A DNA stretch of 64,000 bases. Source: Ruminococcaceae bacterium UBA3753. GTDB taxonomy: Bacteria; Bacillota; Clostridia; Oscillospirales; Acutalibacteraceae. This document shows, one piece after another, positions 49,293 through 60,204 of this stretch; the first letter of the stretch is position 1; every line of letters begins with the position of its first letter. The position numbers and the translations under genes were made by a program. Location of the stretch: contig DFGJ01000021.1 in assembly GCA_002372375.1 (NCBI GenBank), forward strand, positions 62,394 to 126,393, in the 5' to 3' direction. The notes below the pieces were generated by a model, which was given only the letters and a program-made list of their open reading frames with translations, made no database searches and was not told the DNA's origin.

Positions 49293-50330
49293 CTATACAC
49301 CGCTAGCTCTAAGTTGCCCACAGGAGGCTCTTATATCTGAACCTAGGTTTCTCCTGATTGTAACGTTTATTCCCTTTCTTAGTAAAGTATTTTTAAATTT
49401 ATTTGCAGAAACGATAGTAGACGGTAATAAAGAAGAAGCTTTGCAGGTTTTATTAAGATTAATTAGGTTAACATGACAAAGCATCCCTTTGATTTTACTA
49501 GCAAGTTCCAGTGCACATTCGACGGAATCATTCACGCCAGAAATAAGAGTATACTCAAAAGAGATTCTTCTCTTTACTTTTTTGACATAATGCTTGCAAG
49601 CTTTAAGTAAATCATCGAAAGAAAATTTTTTGCCCACAGGCATTAAATTTTTCCTTATTTTGTCGTTACTGGCATGAAGCGAGACAGAGAGAGTAAGCGC
49701 CAGATTCTCGTTAGATAAATCATAAATTTTGTTTACAATACCACAGGTAGAAAGAGATACATTGCGCTTGCTAATATTTAGACCATTGGCATCTGTTAGT
49801 ATATTTAAAAATTTGATAACATTTTCATAGTTGTCTAACGGTTCACCCATACCCATAAGGACAACATGGGATATTTTAATTTTGTTAATACTATTCATTT
49901 TTTGTATTTGCTCCAACATTTCTCCAGGCGTAAGATTTCTTATAAATCCACTCATTCCGGTAGCGCAAAATTTGCATCCCATCCTACACCCCACCTGTGT
50001 AGATATGCAAGCAGTGTACCCATATTTATATTTCAGCAGAACCGATTCTATGTAATTATCATCACTTAACTTAAATAAATATTTTCTTGTTTCATCTTTT
50101 TTGTCACTAATTAACGCTTTTTTAACTACTAAATTTTCCAAAAAGAAATTTCTATCTAACAATTTTCTTTCGGTTAGCGGTACATTGGACATATCACTAA
50201 AACTATTTATACCCGCCATCGCCCAACCGTACACCTGCGAGGCTCTGTATTTAACAAGCCCAAGTTCCAAAAGCTTTTCTTCTAGTTCACTTTTAAACAT
50301 GGACTTTACATCCAACAACTGCGCACTCAT
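49293..50330 (-). CDS. rlmN: 23S rRNA/tRNA A2503/A37 C2-methyltransferase RlmN (radical SAM)
   Basis: YRASQVYGW, the radical SAM CxxxCxxC as GCRMGCKFCATG, MGMGEPL, and the C-terminal ACGQL. The order rlmN-stp-prkC is conserved in Firmicutes. Confidence 0.9.
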   Translation of the reverse strand: MSAQLLDVKSMFKSELEEKLLELGLVKYRASQVYGWAMAGINSFSDMSNVPLTERKLLDRNFFLENLVVKKALISDKKDETRKYLFKLSDDNYIESVLLKYKYGYTACISTQVGCRMGCKFCATGMSGFIRNLTPGEMLEQIQKMNSINKIKISHVVLMGMGEPLDNYENVIKFLNILTDANGLNISKRNVSLSTCGIVNKIYDLSNENLALTLSVSLHASNDKIRKNLMPVGKKFSFDDLLKACKHYVKKVKRRISFEYTLISGVNDSVECALELASKIKGMLCHVNLINLNKTCKASSLLPSTIVSANKFKNTLLRKGINVTIRRNLGSDIRASCGQLRASGV

Positions 50331-51555
50331 AAGTCCCTAACACTTCACTAAAACATTATTTTTAGATAAACTATAAAATTTCAAAAAACACCCGGAAAAA
50401 TCTCAATGGAAACTGAAAAATTTGCACTACAAAAGGGAACTTACGCAGCCCCACAAGAAACGGGATACTACTCCGCAAGAACATCCCAACCTGTATTTTC
50501 AGACATTACCATCCAAAAAGGAAGAAAAAATCGTCAAAAAACGATCGTGATTTACTTTATAAATGTGCAAAAGATCACGCTGAAAACCTCGCCACGAAAG
50601 TCACCCAAAAATTCCGACAGCGTTCAGCACAAAACCTAACCACAGGTACTCCCCTGAAATAATACTACAAATCTAAAAATTAAGTAAACTTCAGAATCCT
50701 AAAAAACTCCAATCTTACTCGCAACTGCTAAATGTCATCACGAACGCTATTTCTTTAAAGGCTACCCCATGCCTAGTAACAAAACTGAAGCAAGCACAAA
50801 ACACGCACGAAATCTAGGTATACTACTAGAAAAAACACACAACCGTTAAAGCCGCCAAAAAACTATTCACGCTAGCTTTAAAAGAGGTAAAAACGCTAAA
50901 TTACTCGACGTATAACATAAAAATGGTCAAAGGTAATAATGAAAATTTTGGCTTTAAAATAGACGGAACAGAAAACTTAGATGCCGCCCGTATTTCGTGC
51001 AAAAGTAACTCACAAGACACGAATTATCTTTTTCAAAAAAGTTTAGATGATATTACACCTCTGAGCGCCAGAAATCTTTATTCGGTTAGAATTACAGCGC
51101 TACCAGTTTTCCCAAAAAATACAATGCGCCAAAAAGCGGCAACCCAACAATTTTACAAGAAACGCTGTACCAAACCGAACAACCAACAAAAATCGCTATT
51201 CCACTGCTAAGAGCACAAAACTAAAAAACATCGAAATTTAATCCTAACAAATACGCCACAACATGAACGTGCAAACAAACAGAACAACCAATTCACCCTC
51301 AGCTAAACGCTTAATGCTGCTCAGTTCCCTGCCTGACATACTTCACGCCGCTGAACCGAAATGCGCCAATTTATCTACATACCCATGTGTGACTTCTGCA
51401 TGGTACCACAGATATAAGGTGTATGTCAACCAAATAAAGAAGTTTTTGATTAATGCATAAAGGTCAAGCTTTATGGAACGTATTCAGTTTTGCTTGAACT
51501 TGTGTAGTATTTAAAATATAATACATATGTTCGGGAAATGCTTGAGGAATACTCC

Positions 51556-52125
51556 ATGTTAGTTTTAGTTTTGATTTTTGTTTCCCTGCTGTTTTTTCTT
51601 TTTTGTCCAATACGATTTCATATTTTTTTGCGTGGAAATAAATTGAAGGCGAACTGCAAAGTGCTTTGTTTTAGTTTTAACTTTATAGGGGAAAAAAATG
51701 TTTTTGAAGGAAGCATAAAAAAAGATTCTGAAGGGGAATGTCCTAATAAGTATTGTAAAAAGCAAAAAAAAATTGTAATGGACAATAGAAAGGTTATTAT
51801 TGTGTTGTTGAACGGACTAAAGGATTTTATTAGATCTTTAAAATGCTTTCAGTTATTTCTAGAGGTGGGGGCTATCGACAGTGCAACTGTAGCCCTGAGG
51901 TATGGATATTTGTGTGCCATAATGGCGATGTTGGAAAAATATGTTTTTGGCAATACCCGCGGTAATAGAATTGAGGTTGCTCCAAATTTTTCCTGTGAAT
52001 GTAATTTTGTCAGTTTTTTTTCTTGTAAGTTTAGGTTGAATTTATTTATTATACTTAAAAATGTTGTTTCTACAATTTCTAAAATTATGAAAGCGGGTGT
52101 TTTTTGTGGAAGAAAGGCCACTTAA
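51556..52125 (+). CDS. ytfI: DUF2953 (YtfI-like) sporulation protein
   Basis: N-terminal TM helix, an alternating Cys/Phe-rich body, and a position directly upstream of ytfJ. The ATG at 51556 follows GAGGAA by 6 nt. The track start is 51538. Confidence 0.55.
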   Translation: MLVLVLIFVSLLFFLFCPIRFHIFLRGNKLKANCKVLCFSFNFIGEKNVFEGSIKKDSEGECPNKYCKKQKKIVMDNRKVIIVLLNGLKDFIRSLKCFQLFLEVGAIDSATVALRYGYLCAIMAMLEKYVFGNTRGNRIEVAPNFSCECNFVSFFSCKFRLNLFIILKNVVSTISKIMKAGVFCGRKAT

Positions 52126-52528
52126 TTCATTGATTGATAGTACTCTATTAAAAATAAAAGAAATGGTGGACGTAAATACATCTATTGGTAAGCCAGTAGT
52201 TATAGATGAAGGTATCACAGTGATACCGATTTCAAAATTAACATATGGATTTGCTTCCGGCGGCTCGGAATTCTCCGATAAAAATGACAATAAGGATAAT
52301 TTGTTTGGTGGCGGCACCGGAGCAGGAGTAACAGTTTCGCCGATTGCGTTTATTGTGATAAATGATGGAAACGTGAGTATGCTCCGAATAGAGAGTAGCT
52401 CGTCTACGGTTGATAAAGCGCTGGATGTTTTACCCGAAGTCCTTGAAAAAATAAAGTCTTTTTTTAACAAAAAGGGTAAGAGTAAAGGAGATGTAGATAA
52501 AGAAAGTAACCAAAAGTCCAATGCCTAG
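52097..52528 (+). CDS. ytfJ: GerW/YtfJ family sporulation protein
   Basis: IKEMVDVNTSIGKPV...ITVIPISKLTYGFASGGSEF...FGGGTGAGVTVSPIAFIVI is the characteristic YtfJ pattern. The start is GTG at 52097 or 52106. Confidence 0.8.
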   Translation: MFFVEERPLNSLIDSTLLKIKEMVDVNTSIGKPVVIDEGITVIPISKLTYGFASGGSEFSDKNDNKDNLFGGGTGAGVTVSPIAFIVINDGNVSMLRIESSSSTVDKALDVLPEVLEKIKSFFNKKGKSKGDVDKESNQKSNA

Positions 52529-53200
52529 TACTGCAGGTTAGCAGGTAAATTGTGTTGTTTCGACGGGTGTAGAGGTTTATTCCGTTTCAGTTGAAAGTGT
52601 ATTGATGCGGTTGCGGGCCTCTTGTGCTGTGGGGATATAAAAAGGGGTTGAGTTTCTGAAAAATGTCTTGCTGACTGTATAATTTTGGATTGATATTTAT
52701 CTGCTTATAATTAGTTACGACTAAAACTTGTGTGTTTGCAAAATTATTTAACAAGATAAGCAACATCGTCGGTACAGTAGAAAAAATATTTAGGCTACTC
52801 CTTTAATTATATCAAAGTGATATGTTGACTTATAGTATTTGGGTTACTTTAAGTTAAATGTATGTAAATTAAAAATTGACAAACTACAAGGGTGAGTGTT
52901 CGAAAGAACTGTGATCTGAAATTTAAAATCTATCTAAATTAATAGCTCTAATATTCATCAAAAGTTACAAAAATTTGTATCATGTACAAACATTCTAAGT
53001 TCGCGGCCACGTAGTTTGTACAGCAATAAATGTAGCACAACGTCGAATGCATCTTCATTAGCGGAACATGTAGAAAATTGAGAGCTTGAGCGGACTTAGT
53101 AAATTAGTACGTAGAACAGCGCGAAAACAGCTTAAAAAATAAACAAAACTTTCAGATCTTGTACAAAAATCAATTCAAAGCATAAGAAACACCCAAGATA

Positions 53201-53953
53201 TCAAATAACAAGACCTCCATCAACTTGCAAAATCTGGCCTGTTATGAAATTTGCTTCTTCAGAAGATAAAAACAATACAGCATTTGCAACATCTTGCACA
53301 GTACCTATTCTGCATAATGAAGTTCTGCCCCGAAGTAATTCAAGGTCATGTTCGTTTAAATTTTTGTTCATTTCAGTATCTATCAATCCTGGAGCAACGC
53401 AATTAATATTTATATTGCATGGTCCTACCTCTTTTGCCAAAGCTTTCGTAAAGCCTACTATTGCCGCTTTGCTGGCAGAATACGCAACCTCACAGGACCC
53501 TCCGACTATACCCAAAATCGAAGAGACGTTTACTATCTTCCCTTTTTTTCTCTCTATCATTTCTGGCAACACTGACTTACAACAATTAAAAGTTCCTTTA
53601 ACATTAACATCAAAAATTTTGTTCCAGTCTTCTTCAGATGTATCTCCAAAAACTCTACCAATGCTTATACCAGCATTGTTAACTAGAGTGTCTATTCGCC
53701 CTAAAAAAGAAATAGCCTTTTTTACCATATTTTGAACTTCTAAGTAATTTACAACATTCGCACAAACGGCTAGAGCATCACAACCACTATCCCTGAGTTC
53801 TTTCTCTAAGTTCTCTGCTTCTTTTTCAGATTTAAAATAATTCAGAACTACTCTATAACGATTTTTTGAGAAAACCTTAGCAATCTCTCTGCCGATGCCT
53901 CTTGAAGCTCCAGTTATCAACACTGTCCTGTTCTGCATTGTTAGCTTTTGCAC
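53201..53953 (-). CDS. SDR-family oxidoreductase, FabG-like 3-oxoacyl-ACP reductase
   Basis: TGASRGIG, NNAG, and the catalytic YSASKAA. There are no neighbouring fab genes, so the substrate is uncertain. Confidence 0.75.
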   Translation of the reverse strand: MQKLTMQNRTVLITGASRGIGREIAKVFSKNRYRVVLNYFKSEKEAENLEKELRDSGCDALAVCANVVNYLEVQNMVKKAISFLGRIDTLVNNAGISIGRVFGDTSEEDWNKIFDVNVKGTFNCCKSVLPEMIERKKGKIVNVSSILGIVGGSCEVAYSASKAAIVGFTKALAKEVGPCNININCVAPGLIDTEMNKNLNEHDLELLRGRTSLCRIGTVQDVANAVLFLSSEEANFITGQILQVDGGLVI

Positions 53954-54207
53954 CCCAATAAAAATAAATTCACTAAGCCAAACACAGCTAACAAGTTAAC
54001 ATGCACAAAAAGTACATCCTACAACCAAACCCAAACTGCATGTTAAAACTATTGGCCATTAGACAAAAAGTTTAAAAAATTACGCAATAAAGAAAGAACA
54101 TCTTAGCAAACTCCAACTCGCATTTGTATCAGTCTCCCACACTTTAAAAATACAACAAACTTTCTGATAAATACACTTATATGACTAGCTCTTTACATAA
54201 AACGTTG

Positions 54208-55284
54208 TTAAATAAAGCCCCTTGCACAGAGTAGTTCAGCCAAAAGCACGGCGCCCCCGGCGGCACCGCGGATGGTATTGTGTGAGACGCTAACAAATTT
54301 TACACTATTTTCAGAATCAACATTTAATCGGCCAACAGATATCCCCATACCTTTTTCTAAATTTTTATCTAATTTGACCTGTGGCCTATCGTTATTCTCG
54401 AAATACTTTAAAAACTCGTTTGGCGCAGATGGAAGTCTTAGATCTTTTATTGGATTTATATAATTCCTCCATTTGTCAATTATATCATTCTTTTTAACTT
54501 TATTTCTGAATTTTGCAAAAACCCCCGCAGTATGACCATCGGAGACTGGCACTCTAAAACATTGCGCACTTATCCTTGGACTTTTGGCACTTACTATTTT
54601 ATTTGATATTATACTGCCAAAAATCTTTAAAGGTTCTGTCTCAGACTTTTCCTCTTCTCCAGCAATGTAAGGAATAACGTTATCTACAATTTCCGGAAAA
54701 GTTCCGAAGGTTTTTCCCGCACCCGATATTGCCTGATACGTACAAATTTTAACTTCTTCTAAACCAAAATTTAGCAGTGGGAAAAGAGCAGGAACATAAC
54801 ATTGCAAAGAGCAATTAGGTTTAACGGCTATAAAACCACGACTTGTCCCCAACCTTTTTTTCTGAGATTCTATAATATCTATATGATTTGGATTTATCTC
54901 TGGTAAAATCATGGGGACATCTGGAATCACTCTATTTGCACTATTATTTGAGATTACAGGACATTCACATTTTGCATATGATTCTTCTAGTCGACGTGTT
55001 TCTTCTTTAGGAAGGTTTATTGCACAGAAAACAAAATCAACACTTTCAGAAATTTGTTTGAATTCTATTAAAGCATCATTAATAATTAAGGGCTTTACAT
55101 CTTTAGGTATAGGTGTAGACATAAGCCACTTATTCTTAACAACATCTTCATAAACTTTTCCCGCCGATCTTGTACTTGCAGCTACCTTTGTAACAACAAA
55201 CCACGGATGGTTCTCCAGCAAAGTTAAAAACCTCTGCCCTACCATACCTGTCGCGCCCAAAACACCAATTTTGTATTTTTTCAT
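54208..55284 (-). CDS. asd: aspartate-semialdehyde dehydrogenase
   Basis: GVLGATGMVGQRF, the active-site Cys context KPNCS, QAISGAG, and RVPVSDGH. An AAGGGG RBS is present. Confidence 0.85.
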   Translation of the reverse strand: MKKYKIGVLGATGMVGQRFLTLLENHPWFVVTKVAASTRSAGKVYEDVVKNKWLMSTPIPKDVKPLIINDALIEFKQISESVDFVFCAINLPKEETRRLEESYAKCECPVISNNSANRVIPDVPMILPEINPNHIDIIESQKKRLGTSRGFIAVKPNCSLQCYVPALFPLLNFGLEEVKICTYQAISGAGKTFGTFPEIVDNVIPYIAGEEEKSETEPLKIFGSIISNKIVSAKSPRISAQCFRVPVSDGHTAGVFAKFRNKVKKNDIIDKWRNYINPIKDLRLPSAPNEFLKYFENNDRPQVKLDKNLEKGMGISVGRLNVDSENSVKFVSVSHNTIRGAAGGAVLLAELLCARGFI

Positions 55285-55480
55285 AGAGAACCCCTTAGCT
55301 ACTTGGCACTTAAACTATATAATATTCTATGAAGCAACTGAAAAAAGGTACAGAGAAATCTACCTAAATCCCATCTAATTTAGCCTGTCACAAAAAGTTA
55401 AAAGTTAAAATGCATTTCGTTTTTTACTAAAAACATTCTAGAATATATAAGCCTGCCGCACTAGAAAGTTTTGAGGGAAT

Positions 55481-56287
55481 TTAGTAAAGCTCATAAGGAT
55501 GACGGTCAAACGATTTATATTCATCAAAAAAACGGAGTAAGTCTTTAGCATCGTCAGAGTTAGGTTTTTCATTTTTATAAAAATTTTCAAACTCGCTAAC
55601 CACATTTTTATACGACTTCTTGTTAGATTTCGACAAACGCAATTCTTCACGATATTTCTCCCAAAACATAGCATGTTTCGATTCAAGATGTTTCGTAATC
55701 AAGCGAAGAACAGGTCTTAATGCAGGGTTAGTATAAAAGAGCTTGAAACGTTTTCGTTTGCTAAAAGGAAACAAAGGAAACAACAACATACTCCAATCTT
55801 GTTCTATGCGACCATTCAGTATATAACATTGCATTAAATTATCATTCGCACTACGCCAAAGAGTTAAAATACTTCCCGCTCTTTTAATAATGTCTGGACA
55901 AATAGCTATAGAGTGTAGCTCCAAAAAGTTACACTCTGTTAGAATATCTTCATGAGCTTCTACGATCATATCCATAACGTGGAGAAGTCGATTTAACGCA
56001 TCTGAATCTTTCTCAAAACGATCAATAAGTACTTTTAAAAACAAATTAAAGTTACGTTCCTTTAAATACCACTTTGCTAAAACAGAGATGGACAATACCA
56101 TTAGTGTGTGAATCATCAGCGATGCAAAATCATTATCAGGAATCTTCATGAGATTTTGCTTATTATGAGCGTCCATACTTGTCTCTTGTTTTTCATTCTC
56201 CCAAGTTGGATTCCTGCACTCGTGCGCGCTTGCCGCTAAATTTCCAGTAAGCCCTAGCAAAATCGTCGTACCTATGAATTTTTTCAT
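55481..56287 (-). CDS. hypothetical exported/membrane protein (family shared with 56504..57292)
   Basis: GGGGAGG RBS. The signal peptide is MKKFIGTTILLGLTGNLAASA, followed by a second hydrophobic segment at about aa 60-75 and then a helical domain. Confidence 0.5.
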   Translation of the reverse strand: MKKFIGTTILLGLTGNLAASAHECRNPTWENEKQETSMDAHNKQNLMKIPDNDFASLMIHTLMVLSISVLAKWYLKERNFNLFLKVLIDRFEKDSDALNRLLHVMDMIVEAHEDILTECNFLELHSIAICPDIIKRAGSILTLWRSANDNLMQCYILNGRIEQDWSMLLFPLFPFSKRKRFKLFYTNPALRPVLRLITKHLESKHAMFWEKYREELRLSKSNKKSYKNVVSEFENFYKNEKPNSDDAKDLLRFFDEYKSFDRHPYELY

Positions 56288-56503
56288 AAAACCTCCCCTT
56301 AATTGCAGAATAAATTACTCTCACAAAACAAATACCTAACTATGTTAAAACCTACCTAAAATAAGTTCAATACGCCAGAAACTCCCTGAAAATAAAATTC
56401 GCAAAAGACCAATACGAATAGTAAATATTTACATTATTTTTGTCAATTAACATTGTTCTTCACCTGCGACAAAATTGTTTATAGCAAAAAAATTTTCTTT
56501 TAT

Positions 56504-57292
56504 TTAATGATCTGTAAAAATTTCGCTAATTGAACGAGAAAGTATAAAAGCGGGAGCTTCCTTGATTTGCTTTTCTAGCTCGCCCCGTATCTTGCTCGCT
56601 CCTATACGTAATATTGTTGCTTTTTTACCAACCTTATTTATACTATTGGAGATTACCCTATCAAACAAACGATAAAATATTCTCGATACAAATAACTTAT
56701 TTTTTAACCACCGAAACTTATTTTCGTCAAGAAAAACGAAGCGATCAAAAATAGCATTAATTTCTTCTATTCTTTTATTTAAATAGTTTAAACTATTTTT
56801 CATACCAACGAGAAGCTCTTTCTCACTGCGCACATTGCTTTTATAACAGTGTCTAAACAAAAAACTTCCATACGGTGCATGATGCTCCATTAACTCACGG
56901 CTTAACCCTCTCTTCTCTATAAGGCTACACCAAACTGCATCAAATTCCGGGAAGATAACCTCAAAAGGGCGCATATTATTTTTTAAACGTGAAAGCTGAA
57001 ACTGAATGTCTTTTAGATCTTTATCTATTTTTACATTTTGCTCTCTAATATTGCGCACAACCTGCCGCAACCAAATACTGATTAAAAAACTTGCAACCAG
57101 ACAAGTAGAAACAACCAGATCATTAGAACGCTCTTTTAAACTAAATTTGTTAACTATAGTTGTATCGGATTCATTATTACAATTGAAAATCAACTTACTC
57201 CCCACTTTTCCTCGTGTATCCGCCATATTTGCACCCAACGCCAAGTTCTCTGAAAGCCCTAACAACATTACTGTACTCAATATCTTTTTCAT
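56504..57292 (-). CDS. hypothetical exported/membrane protein (family shared with 55481..56287)
   Basis: The ATG at 57292 has a GGAGGG RBS 4 nt upstream. The signal peptide is MKKILSTVMLLGLSENLALGA, and the architecture matches the neighbour. Confidence 0.5.
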   Translation of the reverse strand: MKKILSTVMLLGLSENLALGANMADTRGKVGSKLIFNCNNESDTTIVNKFSLKERSNDLVVSTCLVASFLISIWLRQVVRNIREQNVKIDKDLKDIQFQLSRLKNNMRPFEVIFPEFDAVWCSLIEKRGLSRELMEHHAPYGSFLFRHCYKSNVRSEKELLVGMKNSLNYLNKRIEEINAIFDRFVFLDENKFRWLKNKLFVSRIFYRLFDRVISNSINKVGKKATILRIGASKIRGELEKQIKEAPAFILSRSISEIFTDH

Positions 57293-57509
57293 GAAACCCT
57301 CCATATTTGATTTGAATGTAATATACATTATAATATATAGATTTTATGATGTATATATTTTACTAGTTATTTTTTAAAAATCTATTTTTTACATAAATTT
57401 TCGTTTCAAATTACACTAAATTTCGTTATATAAAACACTTCCTTTTTTTGATTTTTATATTAAAATTGAATCTGAGAGGTTCATGCCTGAACGAATAGGA
57501 GGACGAGAC

Positions 57510-58796
57510 GTGCTAGACTTGAAAAAACTTAGAAATGATCCGGATACTATTATCCATTCGCTAAACAGAAGAGGACACGATTATTCTTCTGCCGTTAATG
57601 GTTTGTTGAGAATCGATAAAAAGAGGCGCGAGTTGATGGCAAAAATGGAAAGCCTCCGTTTTGAACAAAATGAAGCGAATAAAAGGATTGCCAAATTAGT
57701 CAAAGACAAAGAAGACACAACGGAGCTGTTTGCAAAGTTTAGATCGATTTCATCCCTTGCATCTGATTATAAGTCGCAAATTTCTGATCTTGAAAAAGAA
57801 CAAGAAGAAATTTTGTTGAGTTTGCCTAATACGCCTCACTGCGATGTGCCCACTGGCCTTTCAGATAGGGAGAATAAGGAAGTGAGACGAGTTGATGCTC
57901 CAAAAATAAACAATTTCAGAAATAAACCACATTGGCAGATTGGTGCGGATTTGGACATCCTGGATTTCTCGCGGGCGAGCAAAATAACAGGGTCTAGGTT
58001 TGTTGTTTATAAGGGTTTGGGGGCTAAACTGGAGCGCGCTATAATTAGTTTTTTCCTAGATGTTCACACTAAAAATGGTTTCAAAGAGATTTTGCCGCCG
58101 TATATTGTAAATTCTAAAAGCATGACTGGCACGGGTCAGCTCCCTAAATTCAGTGAAGATACTTTTAAATTAGAGCGTTCTGATTATTATCTAATACCTA
58201 CGGCCGAGGTACCTGTAACTAATTTGCATTCTGGTGAGATATTGAAAGAGTCAGAACTGCCGGTAAAGTACTGTTCGTACTCTGCATGCTTCAGGGCAGA
58301 GGCCGGTTCTGCGGGAAAAGATACAAAAGGCATTATACGACAGCACCAGTTTAATAAAGTTGAGCTTGTAAAATTTTCACTACCAGAAAATTCTAATGAT
58401 GAATTAGAGTCGTTGCTAGAAGAAGCTGAATTAATTTTAAAAATTTTAGAGCTCCCGTACAGAGTGGTGTGCTTATGCACGGGGGATTTAGGTTTTAGTT
58501 CCGCCAAGACCTATGACATTGAGGTTTGGATGCCCTCGTATGATAGGTACGTTGAAATATCGTCTTGTTCAAATTTTCTGGATTTTCAAAGTAGGCGTGC
58601 AAATATAAAGTACAAAAATAGTAGAACCGGTACGAATGAGTTTGTGCATACTTTAAATGGATCAGGTCTCGCTGTCGGGAGAACTTTTGCCGCTATCTTA
58701 GAGAATTATCAAAATGAGGATGGTTCTGTGAGCATCCCCGAGGCACTGAGGGAGTATATGGGAGTAAACGAAATATCTGTCGATAACTCGTTCTAG
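57510..58796 (+). CDS. serS: seryl-tRNA synthetase
   Basis: The GTG at 57510 is preceded by AGGAGG (6 nt) and gives the canonical (M)[11 protein letters not shown]-terminus. Class II motifs [18 protein letters not shown] and ...[14 protein letters not shown] are present. Confidence 0.93.
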   Translation: MLDLKKLRNDPDTIIHSLNRRGHDYSSAVNGLLRIDKKRRELMAKMESLRFEQNEANKRIAKLVKDKEDTTELFAKFRSISSLASDYKSQISDLEKEQEEILLSLPNTPHCDVPTGLSDRENKEVRRVDAPKINNFRNKPHWQIGADLDILDFSRASKITGSRFVVYKGLGAKLERAIISFFLDVHTKNGFKEILPPYIVNSKSMTGTGQLPKFSEDTFKLERSDYYLIPTAEVPVTNLHSGEILKESELPVKYCSYSACFRAEAGSAGKDTKGIIRQHQFNKVELVKFSLPENSNDELESLLEEAELILKILELPYRVVCLCTGDLGFSSAKTYDIEVWMPSYDRYVEISSCSNFLDFQSRRANIKYKNSRTGTNEFVHTLNGSGLAVGRTFAAILENYQNEDGSVSIPEALREYMGVNEISVDNSF

Positions 58797-59280
58797 ATTC
58801 TTACTTGATATTTCTAAGGTGAAGCGTTCATATTTCCATTTTGCTTTTTTAGCAAGCCGCTCTTTTGTTGATAATAACTAAGTTGTTGCAGTTACTTTTC
58901 TGGCAGGAAAGTGTTTGTCGCTACTTTAGAAAATCATAGTAACGAGGGTAATTTTGTGAGCATACACGAAACGCTACAGGAGTATAGTATGTGGGATCAA
59001 ATGGGGTATTTGTCGATGGCTCACTCTAGGTTTTTCGTTTGTTATTTTTCAGAAAAAGTGATTCATACCTTTCTTATATTTTTAGGTAATGCGCTCTTTT
59101 ATTGATGATAATGGAATTACGGTTTCCTCGTCTAAGGTGGTTGTGCTGAATTTTTTGACCGCAGTGAATGTTTTTGTCTAGTGCGTCGCATACTTGTTAT
59201 CGGTTTTAGGTAATTTCTGGTTCTATTTTGTGACTATGTAGTACAATTTACTTCTACCGTTTTGGAGTTTTCATTTTTAA
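58685..59280 (+). repeat. tandem ~226 bp units: the serS 3' end plus downstream spacer, then one clear and one decayed ghost copy
   Basis: gccgctatcttagagaattatcaaaatgaggatggttctgtgagcatcc (58689-) matches gtcgctactttagaaaatcatagtaacgagggtaattttgtgagcatac (58917-). The spacer blocks ...gccgctcttttgttgataata and ...gcgctcttttattgatgataat also correspond. Confidence 0.8.
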
Positions 59281-59289
59281 AATTTCTCC

Positions 59290-60156
59290 TTGTTTTTATT
59301 GAATATGCTTATGGATAAATCCGATATGCAGTTTAATTTGAATCATGTGACGTTTTCCTACAGATTGGGAAGTAGGAAAATTTTAGATGATGTTTCTTTA
59401 AAAATAAAGAAGGGTGAATTCGTTTTTTTGTTAGGAAAAAATGGATCCGGAAAATCTACATTTTTAAAGCATCTTAATGCCATGCTTATACCTACTTCAG
59501 GAGAAATTTATGTTGATGGAAAGGATACAAAACTTGAAAAAAATATTTATAAAATTCGCAAAACAGTAGGGATGATTTTGCAAAATCCTGAAAGTCAAAT
59601 TGTAAACAGTATCGTTGAAGAGGATGTCGCTTTTGGATTAGAAAACATTGCAGAGGATCCTAAAATTATTCAGAAAAGAGTAGACAGCGCTTTACAGGCT
59701 ATTGGTATGCAAACTTATAAAAAGCGGATGATTAATGAGCTATCTGGTGGACAAAGACAGAAGATCGTTATTGCCGGCGTTTTGGCTATGCAACCTGATT
59801 GTATACTCTTAGACGAACCTACTTCTATGCTTGATACTAAAAGCAGGTCAGAAATTTTGCGTATAATATATGATTTAAATAAAAAATTGGGAATCACCGT
59901 CGTTTGGATTACACATAACCTAGAGGAAGTGCAATGCGGGCACAGAATCTTGTTAATGAAGGAAGGTAAAATAGCACTTGATACAACCCCTTCTGAACTT
60001 TTTTATAACGACGAAATACTTAGCAAGTTCGACTTAAAAAGAACAGAATTGGTAGAATTTGTGTGTAATTTAAAAAAGAAAGGTCTCAAAATAAAAGATA
60101 CAACTAATAAAGAAGCGGTAATCGATTTTATATTTAATCAGCTGAGAAAAAACTAA
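59290..60156 (+). CDS. ecfA: energy-coupling factor (ECF) transporter ATPase EcfA
   Basis: GKNGSGKST, QNPESQ, LSGGQRQKIVIAGVLAM, LLDEPTSMLD and ITHNLEE. The start is uncertain, and the ATG at 59326 (MQFNLNHVTFSY) is plausible. No ecfA2 or ecfT follows. Confidence 0.85.
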   Translation: MFLLNMLMDKSDMQFNLNHVTFSYRLGSRKILDDVSLKIKKGEFVFLLGKNGSGKSTFLKHLNAMLIPTSGEIYVDGKDTKLEKNIYKIRKTVGMILQNPESQIVNSIVEEDVAFGLENIAEDPKIIQKRVDSALQAIGMQTYKKRMINELSGGQRQKIVIAGVLAMQPDCILLDEPTSMLDTKSRSEILRIIYDLNKKLGITVVWITHNLEEVQCGHRILLMKEGKIALDTTPSELFYNDEILSKFDLKRTELVEFVCNLKKKGLKIKDTTNKEAVIDFIFNQLRKN

Positions 60157-60204
60157 AGTTATTTTAAAATTAAAATTTGCAAAATTTTTATTACTATGCG
60201 AATT

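Noticed and set aside
57329-57509. A T-box leader upstream of serS.
   Set aside because: The region is only ~180 bp and extremely AT-rich. I found no T-box consensus (AATTAGGGTGGTACCGCG-like) and no specifier or antiterminator architecture.
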